Assembly: GCA_964016885.1 (NCBI GenBank)
Contig: OZ024750.1
Location: 42,842,001-42,906,000, forward strand
Reading direction: 5' to 3'
Origin: Eledone cirrhosa
Taxonomy: Eukaryota
DNA: 64,000 nt
A program made the translations under genes and the position numbers. The notes below the pieces were generated by a model. The model saw nothing but the letters and a program-made list of their open reading frames with translations. It was not told the DNA's origin and ran no database searches. Of the stretch, positions 1 through 17,400 are shown in pieces (the first letter of the stretch is position 1; each line of letters opens with the position of its first letter).

Positions 1-1899
1 TGCCATCATCATCGTCATTGTCACCACCACAGTTGTCATCATCATTGTCACTGTCACCATCACAGTTGTCATCATCATTGTCATTGTCACCACCACAGTT
101 GTCACCATCACAGTTGTCATCATCATTGTCATTGTCACCACCACAGTTGTCACCATCACAGTTGTCATCATCATTGTCATTGTCACCACCACAGTTGTCA
201 CCATCACAGTTGTCATCATCATTGTCATTGTCACCACGACAGTTGTCACCATCACAGTTGTCATCATCATTGTCATTGTCACCACCACAGTTGTCACCAT
301 CCCGGTTGTCACCATCACAGTTGTCATCATCATTGTCATTGTCACCACCACAGTTGTCACCATCACAGTTGTCATCATCATTGTCATTGTCACCACCACA
401 ATTGTCACCATCACAGTTGTCATCATCATTGTCATTGTCACCACCACAGTTGTCACCATCACAGTTGTCACCATCACAGTTGTCATCATCATTGTCATTG
501 TCACCACCACAGTTGTCACCATCACAGTTGTCACCATCACAGTTGTCACCATCACAGTTGTCATCATCACAGTTGTCATCATCATTGTCATTGTCACCAT
601 CACAGTTGTCACCATCACAGTTGTCATCATCATTGTTATTGTCACCACCACAGTTGTCATCATCATTGTCATTGTCACCACCACAGTTGTCATCATCATT
701 GTCATTGTCACCACCACAGTTGTCATCATCATTGTCACTGTCACCACCACAGTTGTCATCATCATCGTCATTGTCACCACCACAGTTGTCATCATCATTG
801 TTATTGTCACCACCACAGTTGTCATCATCATTGTCACTGTCACCACCACAGTTGTCATCATCATCGTCATTGTCACCACCACAGTTGTCATCATCATCGT
901 CATTGTCACCACCACAGTTGTCATCATCATTGTCACTGTCACCAACACAGTTGTCATCATCATCGTCATTGTCACCACCACAGTTGTCATCATCATTGTC
1001 ATTGTCACCACCACAGTTGTTATCATCATTGTCACTGTCACCACCACAGTTGTCATCATCATTGTCATTGTCACCACCACAGTTGTCATCATCATTGTTA
1101 TTGTCACCACCACAGTTGTCATCATCATTGTCATTGTCATCACCACAGTTGTCATCATCATTGTCATTGTCACCACCACAGTTGTCATCATCATTTTCAC
1201 TGTCACCACCACAGTTGTCATCATCATTGTCACTGTCACCACCACAGTTGTCACCATCACAGTTGTCATCATCATTGTCATTGTCACCACCACAGTTGTC
1301 ACCATCACAGTTGTCATCATCATTGTCATTGTCACCACCACAGTTGTCACCATCACAGTTGTCATCATCATTGTCATTGTCACCACCACAGTTGTCAACA
1401 TCACAGTTGTCATCATCATTGTCATTGTCACCACCACAGTTGTCACCATCACAGTTGTCATCATCATTGTCATTGTCACCACGACAGTTGTCACCATCAC
1501 AGTTGTCACCATCACAGTTGTCACCATCACAGTTGTCACCATCACAGTTGTCATCATCACAGTTGTCATCATCATTGTCATTGTCACCACCACAGTTGTC
1601 ACCATCACAGTTGTCACCATCACAGTTGTCATCATCATTGTCATTGTCACCACCACAGTTGTCACCATCACAGTTGTCACCATCACAGTTGTCACCATCA
1701 CAGTTGTCATCATCACAGTTGTCATCATCATTGTCATTGTCACCACCACAGTTGTCACCATCACAGTTGTCACCATCACAGTTGTCATCATCATTGTCAT
1801 TGTCACCACCACAGTTGTCACCATCACAGTTGTCACCATCACAGTTGTCACCATCACAGTTGTCATCATCATCGTCATTGTCACCACCACAGTTGTCAT

Positions 1900-3720
1900 C
1901 ATCATTGTCATTGTCACCACCACAGTTGTCATCATCATTGTCACTGTCACCACCACAGTTGTCATCATCATTGTCATTGTCACCACCACAGTTGTCATCA
2001 TCATTGTTATTGTCACCACCACAGTTGTCATCATCATTGTCATTGTCACCACCACAGTTGTCATCATCATTGTCATTGTCACCACCACAGTTGTCATCAT
2101 CATTGTCACTGTCACCACCACAGTTGTCATCATCATTGTCATTGTCACCACCACAGTTGTCATCATCATTGTTATTGTCACCACCACAGTTGTCATCATC
2201 ATTGTCACTGTCACCACCACAGTTGTCATCATCATCGTCATTGTCACCACCACAGTTGTCATCATCATCGTCATTGTCACCACCACAGTTGTCATCATCA
2301 TTGTCACTGTCACCAACACAGTTGTCATCATCATCGTCATTGTCACCACCACAGTTGTCATCATCATTGTCATTGTCACCACCACAGTTGTCATCATCAT
2401 TGTCACTGTCACCACCACAGTTGTCATCATCATTGTCATTGTCACCACTACAGTTGTCATCATCATTGTTATTGTCACCACCACAGTTGTCATCATCATT
2501 GTCATTGTCATCACCACAGTTGTCATCATCATTGTCATTGTCACCACCACAGTTGTCATCATCATTCTCACTGTCACCACCACAGTTGTCATCATCATTG
2601 TCACTGTCACCACCACAGTTGTCACCATCACAGTTGTCATCATCATTGTCATTGTCACCACCACAGTTGTCACCATCACAGTTGTCATCATCATTGTCAT
2701 TGTCACCACCACAGTTGTCACCATCACAGTTGTCATCATCATTGTCATTGTCACCACCACAGTTGTCATCATCATTGTCACTGTCACCACCACAGTTGTC
2801 ATCATCATTGTCATTGTCACCACCACAGTTGTCATCATCATTGTTATTGTCACCACCACAGTTGTCATCATCATTGTCACTGTCACCACCACAGTTGTCA
2901 TCATCATCGTCATTGTCACCACCACAGTTGTCATCATCATTGTCATTGTCACCACCACAGTTGTCATCATCATTGTCACTGTCACCACCACAGTTGTCAT
3001 CATCATTGTCATTGTCACCACCACAGTTTTCATCATCATTGTCATTGTCACCACCACAGTTGTCATCATCATTGTCACTGTCACCACCACAGTTGTCATC
3101 ATCATTGTCATTGTCACCACCACAGTTGTCATCATCATTGTTATTGTCACCACCACAGTTGTCATCATCATTGTCACTGTCACCACCACAGTTGTCATCA
3201 TCATCGTCATTGTCACCACCACAGTTGTCATCATCATCGTCATTGTCACCACCACAGTTGTCATCATCATTGTCACTGTCACCAACACAGTTGTCATCAT
3301 CATCGTCATTGTCACCACCACAGTTGTCATCATCATTGTCATTGTCACCACCACAGTTGTCATCATCATTGTCACTGTCACCACCACAGTTGTCATCATC
3401 ATTGTCATTGTCACCACTACAGTTGTCATCATCATTGTTATTGTCACCACCACAGTTGTCATCATCATTGTCATTGTCATCACCACAGTTGTCATCATCA
3501 TTGTCATTGTCACCACCACAGTTGTCATCATCATTCTCACTGTCACCACCACAGTTGTCATCATCATTGTCACTGTCACCACCACAGTTGTCACCATCAC
3601 AGTTGTCATCATCATTGTCATTGTCACCACCACAGTTGTCACCATCACAGTTGTCATCATCATTGTCATTGTCACCACCACAGTTGTCACCATCACAGTT
3701 GTCATCATCATTGTCATTGT
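1900..3720. repeat. Tandem duplication, period 969 bp (28x33 + 3x15)
   Basis: Rare variants CCACTACAG (2449/3418) and ATTCTCAC (2567/3536) share offset 969. Confidence 0.8.
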
Positions 3721-6700
3721 CACCACCACAGTTGTCAACATCACAGTTGTCATCATCATTGTCATTGTCACCACCACAGTTGTCACCATCACAGTTGTCA
3801 TCATCATTGTCATTGTCACCACCACAGTTGTCACCATCACAGTTGTCATCATCATTGTCATTGTCACCACCACAGTTGTCATCATCATTGTCACTGTCAC
3901 CACCACAGTTGTCATCATCATTGTCATTGTCACCACCACAGTTGTCATCATCATTGTTATTGTCACCACCACAGTTGTCATCATCATTGTCATTGTCACC
4001 ACCACAGTTGTCATCATCATTGTCATTGTCACCACCACAGTTTTCATCATCATTGTCATTGTCACCACCACAGTTGTCATCATCATTGTCACTGTCACCA
4101 CCACAGTTGTCATCATCATTGTCATTGTCACCACCACAGTTGTCATCATCATTGTTATTGTCACCACCACAGTTGTCATCATCATTGTCACTGTCACCAC
4201 CACAGTTGTCATCATCATCGTCATTGTCACCACCACAGTTGTCATCATCATCGTCATTGTCACCACCACAGTTGTCATCATCATTGTCACTGTCACCAAC
4301 ACAGTTGTCATCATCATCGTCATTGTCACCACCACAGTTGTCATCATCATTGTCATTGTCACCACCACAGTTGTCATCATCATTGTCACTGTCACCACCA
4401 CAGTTGTCATCATCATTGTCATTGTCACCACCACAGTTGTCATCATCATTGTTATTGTTACCACCACAGTTGTCATCATCATTGTCATTGTCATCACCAC
4501 AGTTGTCATCATCATTGTCATTGTCACCACCACAGTTGTCATCATCATGTTCACTGTCACCACCACAGATGTCATCATCATTGTCACTGTCACCACCACA
4601 GTTGTCACCATCACAGTTGTCATCATCATTGTCATTGTCACCACCACAGTTGTCACCATCACAGTTGTCATCATCATTGTCATTGTCACCACCACAGTTG
4701 TCACCATCACAGTTGTCATCATCATTGTCATTGTCACAACCACAGTTGTCAACATCACAGTTGTCATCATCATTGTCATTGTCACCACCACAGTTGTCAC
4801 CATCACAGTTGTCATCATCACAGTTGTCATCATCATTGTCATTGTCACCACCACAGTTGTCACCATCACAGTTGTCACCATCACAGTTGTCATCATCATT
4901 GTCATTGTCACCACCACAGTTGTCACCATCACAGTTGTCACCATCACAGTTGTCACCATCACAGTTGTCACCATCACAGTTGTCATCATCATTGTCATTG
5001 TCACCACCACAGTTGTCACCATCACAGTTGTCAACGTCACAGTTGTCATCATCATCGTCATTGTCACCACCACAGTTATCATCATCATTGTCATTGTCAC
5101 CACCACAGTTGTCATCATCATTGTCACTTTCACCACCACAGTTGTCATCATCATTGTCATTGTCACCACCACAGTTGTCATCATCATTGTCATTGTCACC
5201 ACCACAGTTGTCATCATCATTGTTATTGTCACCACCACAGTTGTCATCATCATTGTTATTGTCACCACCACAGTTGTCATCATCATTGTCACTGTCACCA
5301 CCACAGTTGTCACCATCATTGTCACTGTCACCACCACAGTTGTCATCATCATTGTCATTGTCACCACCACAGTTGTCATCATCATTGTCATTGTCACCAC
5401 CACAGTTGTCATCATCATTGTTATTGTCACCACCACAGTTGTCATCATCATTGTCACTGTCACCACCACAGTTGTCATCATCATCGTCATTGTCACCACC
5501 ACAGTTGTCATCATCATTGTAACTGTCACCACCACAGTTGTGATCATCATTGTCATTGTCACCACCACAGTTGTCATCATCATTGTTATTGTTACCACCA
5601 CAGTTGTCATCATCATTGTAACTGTCACCACCACAGTTGTGATCATCATTGTCACTGTCACCACCACAGTTGTCATCATCATTGTCATTGTCACCACCAC
5701 AGTTGTCATCATCATTTTCACTGTCACCACCACAGTTGTCATCATCATTGTCACTGTCACCACCACAGTTGTCACCATCACAGTTGTCATCATCATTGTC
5801 ATTGTCACCACCACAGTTGTCACCATCACAGTTGTCATCATCATTGTCATTGTCACCACCACAGTTGTCACCATCACAGTTGTCATCATCATTGTCATTG
5901 TCACCACCACAGTTGTCAACATCACAGTTGTCATCATCATTGTCATTGTCACCACCACAGTTGTCACCATCACAGTTGTCATCATCATAGTCATTGTCAC
6001 CACCACAGTTGTCACCATCACAGTTGTCATCATCATTGTCATTGTCACCACCACAGTTGTCACCATCACAGTTGTCACCATCACAGTTGTCATCATCACA
6101 GTTGTCATCATCATTGTCATTGTCACCACCACAGTTGTCACCATCACAGTTGTCACCATCACAGTTGTCATCATCATTGTCATTGTCACCACCACAGTTG
6201 TCACCATCACAGTTGTCAACATCACAGTTGTCACCATCACAGTTGTCATCATCACAGTTGTCATCATCATTGTCATTGTCACCACCACAGTTGTCACCAT
6301 CACAGTTGTCACCATCACAGTTGTCATCATCATTGTCATTGTCACCACCACAGTTGTCACCATCACAGTTGTCACCATCACAGTTGTCACCATCACAGTT
6401 GTCATCATCACAGTTGTCATCATCATTGACATTGTCACCACGACAGTTGTCACCATCACAGTTGTCACCATCACAGTTGTCATCATCATTGTCATTGTCA
6501 CCACCACAGTTGTCACCATCATAGTTGTCACCATCACAGTTGTCACCATCACAGTTGTCACCATCACAGTTGTCATCATCATTGTCATTGTCACCACCAC
6601 AGTTGTCACCATCACAGTTGTCACCATCACAGTTGTCACCATCACAGTTGTCATCACCACAGTTGTCATCATCATTGTCATTGTCACCACCACAGTTGTC

Positions 6701-7074
6701 ACCATCACAGTTGTCACCATCACAGTTGTCACCATCACAGTTGTCATCATCATTGTCATTGTCATCACCACAGTTGTCACCGTCACAGTTGTCACCATCA
6801 CAGTTGTCACCATCACAGTTATCATTGTCATTGTCGCCACCACAGTTGTCACCATCACAGTTGTCATCATCATTGTCATTGTCACCACCACAGTTGTCAC
6901 CATCACAGTTGTCACCATCACAGTTGTCATCATCATTGTCATTGTCACCACCACAGTTGTCACCATCACAGTTGTCATCATCATTGTCATTGTCACCACC
7001 ACAGTTGTCACAATCACAGTTGTCACCATCACAGTTGTCATCATCATTGTCATTGTCACCACCACAGTTGTCAC

Positions 7075-10000
7075 CACCACAGTTGTCATCATCATTGTCA
7101 TTGTCACCACCACAGTTGTCATCATCATTGTCACTGTCACCAACACAGTTGTCATCATCATTGTCATTGTCACCACCACAGTTGTCATCATCATTGTCAT
7201 TGTCACCACCACAGTTGTCATCATCATTGTCATTGTCACCACCACAGTTGTCATCATCATTGTCACTGTCACCACCACAGTTGTCATCATCATTGTCATT
7301 GTCACCACCACAGTTGTCATCATCATTGTTATTGTCACCACCACAGTTGTCATCATCATTGTCACTGTCACCACCACAGTTGTCATCATCATCGTCATTG
7401 TCACCACCACAGTTGTCATCATCATCGTCATTGTCACCACCACAGTTGTCATCATCATTGTCACTGTCACCAACACAGTTGTCATCATCATCGTCATTGT
7501 CACCACCACAGTTGTCATCATCATCGTCACTGTCACCATCACAGTTGTCATCATCATTGTCACTGTCACCACCACAGTTGTCATCATCATTGTCATTGTC
7601 ACCACCACAGTTGTCATCATCATTGTTATTGTCACCACCACAGTTGTCATCATCATTGTCATTGTCACCACCACAGTTGTCATCATCATTGTCATTGTCA
7701 CCACCACAGTTGTCATCATCATTGTCACTGTCACCACCACAGTTGTCATCATCATTGTCATTGTCACCACCACAGTTGTCATCATCATTGTTATTGTCAC
7801 CACCACAGTTGTCATCATCATCGTCATTGTCACCACCACAGTTGTCATCATCATCGTCATTGTCACCACCACAGTTGTCATCATCATTGTCACTGTCACC
7901 AACACAGTTGTCATCATCATCGTCATTGTCACCACCACAGTTGTCATCATCATTGTCATTGTCACCACCACAGTTGTCATCATCATTGTCGCTGTCACCA
8001 CCACAGTTGTCATCATCATTGTCATTTTCACCACCACAGTTGTCATCATCATTGTTATTGTCACCACCATAGTTGTCATCATCATTGTCATTGTCATCAC
8101 CACAGTTGTTATCATCATTGTCATTGTCACCACCACAGTTGTCATCATCATTTTCACTGTCACCACCACAGTTGTCATCATCATTGTCACTGTCACCACC
8201 ACAGTTGTCACCATCACAGTTGTCATCATCATTGTCATTGTCACCACCACAGTTGTCACCATCACAGTTGTCATCATCATTGTCATTGTCACCACCACAG
8301 TTGTCACCATCACAGTTGTCATCATCATTGTCATTGTCACCACCACAGTTGTCACAATCACAGTTGTCATCATCATTGTCATTGTCACCACCACAGTTGT
8401 CACCATCACAGTTGTCATCATCATTGTCACTGTCACCACCACAGTTGTCATCATCATTGTCATTGTCACCACCACAGTTGTCATCATCATTGTTATTGTC
8501 ACCACCACAGTTGTCATCATCATTGTCACTGTCACCACCACAGTTGTCATCATCATCGTCATTGTCACCACCACAGTTGTCATCATCATCGTCATTGTCA
8601 CCACCACAGTTGTCATCATCACTGTCACTGTCACCAACACAGTTGTCATCATCATTGTCATTGTCACCACCACAGTTGTCATCATCATTGTCATTGTCAC
8701 CACCACAGTTGTCATCATCATTGTCGCTGTCACCACCACAGTTGTCATCATCATTGTCATTGTCACCACCACAGTTGTCATCATAATTGTTATTGTCACC
8801 ACCACAGTTGTCATCATCATTGTCATTGTCATCACCACAGTTGTCATCATCATTGTCATTGTCACCACCACAGTTGTCATCATCATTTTCACTGTCACCA
8901 CCACAGTTGTCATCATCATTGTCACTGTCACCACCACAGTTGTCACCATCACAGTTGTCATCATCATTGTCATTGTCACCACCACAGTTGTCACCATCAC
9001 AGTTGTCATCATCATTGTCATTGTCACCACCACAGTTGTCACCATCACAGTTGTCATCATCATTGTCATTGTCACCACCACAGTTGTCACCATCACAGTT
9101 GTCATCATCATTGTCATTGTCACCACCACAGTTGTCACCATCACAGTTGTCATCATCATTGTCATTGTCACCACGACAGTTGTCACCATCACAGTTGTCA
9201 TCATCATTGTCATTGTCACCACCGCAGTTGTCACCATCCCGGTTGTCACCATCACAGTTGTCATCATCATTGTCATTGTCACCACCACAGTTGTCACCAT
9301 CACAGTTGTCATCATCATTGTCATTGTCACAACCACAGTTGTCAACATCACAGTTGTCATCATCATTGTCATTGTCACCACCACAGTTGTCACCATCACA
9401 GTTGTCATCATCATTGTCATTGTCACCACCACAGTTGTCACCATCACAGTTGTCACCATCACAGTTGTCACCATCACAGTTGTCACCATCACAGTTGTCA
9501 TCATCACAGTTGTCATCATCATTGTCATTGTCACCACCACAGTTGTCACCATCACAGTTGTCACCATCACAGTTGTCATCATCATTGTCATTGTCACCAC
9601 CACAGTTGTCACCATCACAGTTGTCACCATCACAGTTGTCACCATCACAGTTGTCATCATCATTGTCATTGTCACCACCACAGTTGTCACCATCACAGTT
9701 GTCATCATCATTGTCATTGTCACCATCACAGTTGTCACCATCACAGTTGTCATCATCATTGTCATTGTCACCACCACAGTTGTCACCATCACAGTTGTCA
9801 CCATCACAGTTGTCATCATCATTGTCATTGTCACCACCACAGTTGTCACCATCACAGTTGTCACCATCACAGTTGTCACCATCACAGTTGTCATCATCAC
9901 AGTTGTCATCATCATTGTCATTGTCACCACCACAGTTGTCACCATCACAGTTGTCATCATCATTGTCATTGTCACCACCACAGTTGTCACCATCACAGTT

Positions 10001-13000
10001 GTCATCATCACAGTTGTCATCATCATTGTCATTGTCACCACCACAGTTGTCACCATCACAGTTGTCATCATCACAGTTGTCATCATCATTATCATTGTCA
10101 CCACCACAGTTGCCACCATCACAGTGGTCACCATCACAGTTGTCATCATCATTGTCATTGTCACCACCACAGTTGTCACCATCACAGTTGTCACCATCAC
10201 AGTTGTCACCATCACAGTTGTCATCATCACAGTTGTCATCATCATTGTCATTGTCACCACCACAGTTGTCACCATCACAGTTGTCACCATCACAGTTGTC
10301 ATCATCATTGTCATTGTCACCACCACAGTTGTCACCATCACAGTTGTCACCATCACAGTTGTCACCATCACAGTTGTCATCATCACAGTTGTCATCATCA
10401 TTGTCATTGTCACCACCACAGTTGTCACCATCACAGTTGTCACCATCACAGTTGTCATCATCATTGTCATTGTCACCACCACAGTTGTCACCATCACAGT
10501 TGTCACCATCACAGTTGTCACCATCACAGTTGTCATCATCACAGTTGTCATCATCATTGACATTGTCACCACGACAGTTGTCACCATCACAGTTGTCACC
10601 ATCACAGTTGTCATCATCATTGTCATTGTCACCACCACAGTTGTCACCATCATAGTTGTCACCATCACAGTTGTCACCATCACAGTTGTCACCATCACAG
10701 TTGTCATCATCATTGTCATTGTCACCACCACAGTTGTCACCATCACAGTTGTCACCATCACAGTTGTCACCATCACAGTTGTCACCATCACAGTTGTCAT
10801 CACCACAGTTGTCATCATCATTGTCATTGTCACCACCACAGTTGTCACCATCACAGTTGTCACCATCACAGTTGTCACCATCACAGTTGTCATCATCATT
10901 GTCATTGTCACCACCACAGTTGTCACCATCACAGTTGTCACCATCACAGTTGTCACCATCACAGTTATCATTGTCATTGTCGCCACCACAGTTGTCACCA
11001 TCACAGTTGTCATCATCATTGTCATTGTCACCACCACAGTTGTCACCATCACAGTTGTCACCATCACAGTTGTCATCATCATTGTCATTGTCACCACCAC
11101 AGTTGTCACCATCACAGTTGTCATCATCATTGTCATTGTCACCACCACAGTTGTCACCATCACAGTTGTCATCATCATTGTCATTGTCACCACCACAGTT
11201 GTCAACATCACAGTTGTCATCATCATTGTCATTGTCACCACCACAGTTGTCACCATCACAGTTGTCATCATCATTGTCATTGTCACCACCACAGTTGTCA
11301 CCATCACAGTTGTCATCATCATTGTCATTGTCACCACCACAGTTGTCACCATCACAGTTGTCACCATCACAGTTGTCATCATCATTGTCATTGTCACCAT
11401 CACAGTTGTCATCATCATTGTCATTGTCACCACCACAGTTGTCACCATCACAGTTGTCACCATCACAGTTGTCATCATCATTGTCATTGTCACCACCACA
11501 GTTGTCACCATCACAGTTGTCACCATCACAGTTGTCACCATCACAGTTGTCATCATCACAGTTGTCATCATCATTGTCATTGTCACCACCACAGTTGTCA
11601 CCATCACAGTTGTCATCATCATTGTCATTGTCACCACCACAGTTGTCACCATCACAGTTGTCACCATCACAGTTGTCACCATCACAGTTGTCATCATCAC
11701 AGTTGTCATCATCATTGTCATTGTCACCACCACAGTTGTCACCATCACAGTTGTCACCATCACAGTTGTCACCATCACAGTTGTCATCATCATTGTCATT
11801 GTCACCATCACAGTTGTCATCATCATTGTCATTGTCACCACCACAGTTGTCACCATCACAGTTGTCACCATCACAGTTGTCATCATCATTGTCATTGTCA
11901 CCACCACAGTTGTCACCATCACAGTTGTCACCATCACAGTTGTCACCATCACAGTTGTCATCATCACAGTTGTCATCATCATTGTCATTGTCACCACCAC
12001 AGTTGTCACCATCACAGTTGTCATCATCATTGTCATTGTCACCACCACAGTTGTCACCATCACAGTTGTCACCATCACAGTTGTCACCATCACAGTTGTC
12101 ATCATCACAGTTGTCATCATCATTGTCATTGTCACCACCACAGTTGTCACCATCACAGTTGTCACCATCACAGTTGTCATCATCATTGTCATTGTCACCA
12201 CCACAGTTGTCACCACCACAGTTGTCACCACCACAGTTGTCATCATCATTGTCATTGTCACCACCACAGTTGTCATCATCATTGTCACTGTCACCAACAC
12301 AGTTGTCATCATCATTGTCATTGTCACCACCACAGTTGTCATCATCATTGTCATTGTCACCACCACAGTTGTCATCATCATTGTCATAGTCACTACCACA
12401 GTTGTCATCAGCATTGTCACTGTCACCACCACAGTTGTCATCATCATTGTCATTGTCACCACCACAGTTGTCATCATCATTGTTATTGTCACCACCACAG
12501 TTGTCATCATCATTGTCACTGTCACCACCACAGTTGTCATCATCATCGTCATTGTCACCACCACAGTTGTCATCATCATCGTCATTGTCACCACCACAGT
12601 TGTCATCATCATTGTCACTGTCACCAACACAGTTGTCATCATCATCGTCATTGTCACCACCACAGTTGTCATCATCATCGTCACTGTCACCATCACAGTT
12701 GTCATCATCATTGTCACTGTCACCACCACAGTTATCATCATCATTGTCATTGTCACCACCACAGTTGTCATCATCATTGTTATTGTCACCACCACAGTTG
12801 TCATCATCATTGTCATTGTCACCACCACAGTTGTCATCATCATTGTCATTGTCACCACCACAGTTGTCATCATCATTGTCACTGTCACCACCACAGTTGT
12901 CATCATCATTGTCATTGTCACCACCACAGTTGTCATCATCATTGTTATTGTCACCACCACAGTTGTCATCATCATCGTCATTGTCACCACCACAGTTGTC

Positions 13001-14480
13001 ATCATCATCGTCATTGTCACCACCACAGTTGTCATCATCATTGTCACTGTCACCAACACAGTTGTCATCATCATCGTCATTGTCACCACCACAGTTGTCA
13101 TCATCATTGTCATTGTCACCACCACAGTTGTCATCATCATTGTCGCTGTCACCACCACAGTTGTCATCATCATTGTCATTGTCACCACCACAGTTGTCAT
13201 CATCATTGTTATTGTCACCACCATAGTTGTCATCATCATTGTCATTGTCATCACCACAGTTGTTATCATCATTGTCATTGTCACCACCACAGTTGTCATC
13301 ATCATTTTCACTGTCACCACCACAGTTGTCATCATCATTGTCACTGTCACCACCACAGTTGTCACCATCACAGTTGTCATCATCATTGTCATTGTCACCA
13401 CCACAGTTGTCACCATCACAGTTGTCATCATCATTGTCATTGTCACCACCACAGTTGTCACCATCACAGTTGTCATCATCATTGTCATTGTCACCACCAC
13501 AGTTGTCACAATCACAGTTGTCATCATCATTGTCATTGTCACCACCACAGTTGTCACCATCACAGTTGTCATCATCATTGTCACTGTCACCACCACAGTT
13601 GTCATCATCATTGTCATTGTCACCACCACAGTTGTCATCATCATTGTTATTGTCACCACCACAGTTGTCATCATCATTGTCACTGTCACCACCACAGTTG
13701 TCATCATCATCGTCATTGTCACCACCACAGTTGTCATCATCATCGTCATTGTCACCACCACAGTTGTCATCATCATTGTCACTGTCACCAACACAGTTGT
13801 CATCATCATTGTCATTGTCACCACCACAGTTGTCATCATCATTGTCATTGTCACCACCACAGTTGTCATCATCATTGTCGCTGTCACCACCACAGTTGTC
13901 ATCATCATTGTCATTGTCACCACCACAGTTGTCATCATAATTGTTATTGTCACCACCACAGTTGTCATCATCATTGTCATTGTCATCACCACAGTTGTCA
14001 TCATCATTGTCATTGTCACCACCACAGTTGTCATCATCATTTTCACTGTCACCACCACAGTTGTCATCATCATTGTCACTGTCACCACCACAGTTGTCAC
14101 CATCACAGTTGTCATCATCATTGTCATTGTCACCACCACAGTTGTCACCATCACAGTTGTCATCATCATTGTCATTGTCACCACCACAGTTGTCACCATC
14201 ACAGTTGTCATCATCATTGTCATTGTCACCACCACAGTTGTCACCATCACAGTTGTCATCATCATTGTCATTGTCACCACCACAGTTGTCACCATCACAG
14301 TTGTCATCATCATTGTCATTGTCACCACGACAGTTGTCACCATCACAGTTGTCATCATCATTGTCATTGTCACCACCGCAGTTGTCACCATCCCGGTTGT
14401 CACCATCACAGTTGTCATCATCATTGTCATTGTCACCACCACAGTTGTCACCATCACAGTTGTCATCATCATTGTCATTG
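7075..14480. repeat. Dispersed direct duplication: about 7.08-9.33 kb copied at about 12.23-14.48 kb (offset 5154)
   Basis: Shared CCCGG (9238/14392) and CAAC (7141/12295). The paired 237-aa ORFs start at 8073/13227 and the next ORFs start at 8787/13941. Confidence 0.88.
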
Positions 14481-17400
14481 TCACCACCACAGTTGTCACC
14501 ATCACAGTTGTCATCATCATTGTCATTGTCACCACCACAGTTGTCACCATCACAGTTGTCACCATCACAGTTGTCATCATCATTGTCATTGTCACCACCA
14601 CAGTTGTCACCATCACAGTTGTCACCATCACAGTTGTCACCATCACAGTTGTCATCATCACAGTTGTCATCATCATTGTCATTGTCACCATCACAGTTGT
14701 CACCATCACAGTTGTCATCATCATTGTTATTGTCACCACCACAGTTGTCATCATCATTGTCATTGTCACCACCACAGTTGTCATCATCATTGTCATTGTC
14801 ACCACCACAGTTGTCATCATCATTGTCACTGTCACCACCACAGTTGTCATCATCATTGTCATTGTCACCACCACAGTTGTCATCATTATTGTTATTGTCA
14901 CCACCACAGTTGTCATCATCATTGTCACTGTCACCATCACAGTTGTCATCATCATCGTCATTGTCACCACCACAGTTGTCATCATCATCGTCATTGTCAC
15001 CACCACAGTTGTCATCATCATTGTCACTGTCACCAACACAGTTGTCATCATCATCGTCATTGTCACCACCACAGTTGTCATCATCATTGTCATTGTCACC
15101 ACCACAGTTGTCATCATCATTGTCACTGTCACCACCACAGTTGTCATCATCATTGTCATTGTCACCACCACAGTTGTCATCATCATTGTTATTGTCACCA
15201 CCACAGTTGTCATCATCATTGTCATTGTCATCACCACAGTTGTCATCATCATTGTCATTGTCACCACCACAGTTGTCATCATCATTTTCACTGTCACCAC
15301 CACAGTTGTCATCATCATTGTCACTGTCACCACCACAGTTGTCACCATCACAGTTGTCATCATCATTGTCATTGTCACCACCACAGTTGTCACCATCACA
15401 GTTGTCATCATCATTGTCATTGTCACCACCACAGTTGTCACCATCACAGTTGTCATCATCATTGTCATTGTCACCACCACAGTTGTCAACATCACAGTTG
15501 TCATCATCATTGTCATTGTCACCACCACAGTTGTCACCATCACAGTTGTCATCATCATTGTCATTGTCACCACCACAGTTGTCACCATCACAATTGTCAC
15601 CATCACAGTTGTCACCATCACAGTTGTCACCATCACAGTTGTCATCATCACAGTTGTCATCATCATTGTCATTGTCACCACCACAGTTGTCACCATCACA
15701 GTTGTCACCATCACAGTTGTCATCATCATTGTCATTGTCACCACCACAGTTGTCACCATCACAGTTGTCACCATCACAGTTGTCACCATCACAGTTGTCA
15801 TCATCACAGTTGTCATCATCATTGTCATTGTCACCACCACAGTTGTCACCATCACAGTTGTCCCCATCACAGTTGTCATCATCATTGTCATTGTCACCAC
15901 CACAGTTGTCACCATCACAGTTGTCACCATCACAGTTGTCACCATCACAGTTGTCATCATCATCGTCATTGTCACCACCACAGTTGTCATCATCATTGTC
16001 ATTGTCACCACCACAGTTGTCATCATCATTGTCACTGTCACCACCACAGTTGTCATCATCATTGTCATTGTCACCACCACAGTTGTCATCATCATTGTTA
16101 TTGTCACCACCACAGTTGACATCATCATTGTCATTGTCACCACCACAGTTGTCATCATCATTGTCATTGTCACCACCACAGTTGTCATCATCATTGTCAC
16201 TGTCACCACCACAGTTGTCATCATCATTGTCATTGTCACCACCACAGTTGTCATCATCATTGTTATTGTCACCACCACAGTTGTCATCATCATTGTCATT
16301 GTCACCACCACAGTTGTCATCATCATCGTCATTGTCACCACCAGAGTTGTCATCATCATCGTCATTGTCACCACCACAGTTGTCATCATCATTGTCATTA
16401 TCATCACCACAGTTGTCATCATCATTGTCATTGTCACCACCACAGTTGTCATCATCATTCTCACTGTCACCACCACAGTTGTCATCATCATTGTCACTGT
16501 CACCACCACAGTTGTCACCATCACAGTTGTCATCATCATTGTCATTGTCACCACCACAGTTGTCACCATCACAGTTGTCATCATCATTGTCATTGTCACC
16601 ACCACAGTTGTCACCATCACAGTTGTCATCATCATTGTCATTGTCACCACCACAGTTGTCAACATCACAGTTGTCATCATCATTGTCATTGTCACCACCA
16701 CAGTTGTCACCATCACAGTTGTCATCATCATTGTCATTGTCACCACCACAGTTGTCACCATCACAGTTGTCATCATCATTGTCATTGTCACCACCACAGT
16801 TGTCATCATCATTGTCACTGTCACCACCACAGTTGTCATCATCATTGTCATTGTCACCACCACAGTTGTCATCATCATTGTTATTGTCACCACCACAGTT
16901 GTCATCATCATTGTCATTGTCACCACCACAGTTGTCATCATCATTGTCATTGTCACCACCACAGTTGTCATCATCATTGTCATTGTCACCACCACAGTTG
17001 TCATCATCATTGTCACTGTCACCACCACAGTTGTCATCATCATTGTCATTGTCACCACCACAGTTGTCATCATCATTGTTATTGTCACCACCACAGTTGT
17101 CATCATCATTGTCACTGTCACCACCACAGTTGTCATCATCATCGTCATTGTCACCACCACAGTTGTCATCATCATCGTCATTGTCAGCACCACAGTTGTC
17201 ATCATCATTGTCACTGTCACCAACACAGTTGTCATCATCATCGTCATTGTCACCACCACAGTTGTCATCATCATTGTCATTGTCACCACCACAGTTGTCA
17301 TCATCATTGTCACTGTCACCACCACAGTTGTCATCATCATTGTCATTGTCACCACCACAGTTGTCATCATCATTGTTATTGTTACCACCACAGTTGTCAT